DNA of 33,626 bases from a virus. Taxonomy: Duplodnaviria; Caudoviricetes. Position numbers and translations under genes: made by a program. Where the stretch lies: the IMG/VR virus record IMGVR_UViG_3300013118_000260, positions 1 to 33,626 of that record; one strand, written 5' to 3'. The first letter of the stretch is position 1. The number at the start of each line of letters is the position of its first letter. The notes below the pieces were generated by a model. The model was not told the DNA's origin. It saw only the letters and a program-made list of their open reading frames with translations, and did no database searches. Below are positions 33,549 to 33,626 of the stretch, one piece after another.

Positions 33549-33626
33549 TAGCCCTTTAGCCCTTTATGAGTTCATTAGCCCTTTATAGAAACGTATTATA
33601 ATGATTTGAGGCTTTTGAGGCTTTTT
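33549..33626. repeat. Short tandem repeats at the window end
   Basis: TAGCCCTTTA x3 (33549-33585) and TTTGAGGCT x2 (33605-33622). Confidence 0.7.

Noticed and set aside
1-33626. Genome-wide TAG reassignment (genetic code 15), suggested by the in-frame amber at 9703
   Set aside because: Many genes end in TAG directly followed by or overlapping the next SD (17185, 17731, 26287, 27658, 29705), and long genes are not fragmented under code 11.

Overview
This window is about 33.6 kb of a tailed dsDNA phage or prophage with podovirus-like architecture (no tape-measure or sheath gene seen). The lipoprotein and spanin-like genes point to a diderm host. Positions 1-2315 (+) are the end of an early/middle region: a phage Dam-type methyltransferase, a DUF1064 nuclease, and Zn-finger and membrane microproteins. 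Positions 2312-32697 (-) are a late region: terS, terL, portal, scaffold, major capsid, accessory and fibre proteins, adaptor, nozzle, ejection proteins and a lysis-like cassette. A small + strand HNH/membrane-protein insert (4820-5650) interrupts it. Positions 32700-33626 are an AT-rich non-coding region with repeats and a dif-like site. The most unusual feature is that seven genes of the virion module, including the nozzle-like and fibre-like proteins, start with what look like cleavable Sec signal peptides. An O-antigen-ligase/O-oligosaccharyltransferase-family gene sits in the same operon, and the lysis cassette has a clan GH-A glycosidase where an endolysin is expected. This suggests a phage that exports, and possibly glycosylates, its tail and fibre parts outside the cytoplasm. 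I also see two candidate structured RNAs, an in-frame amber codon splitting an ejection gene, and a two-repeat CRISPR-like unit. All calls come from motif recognition and synteny by eye; no searches or predictors were run.
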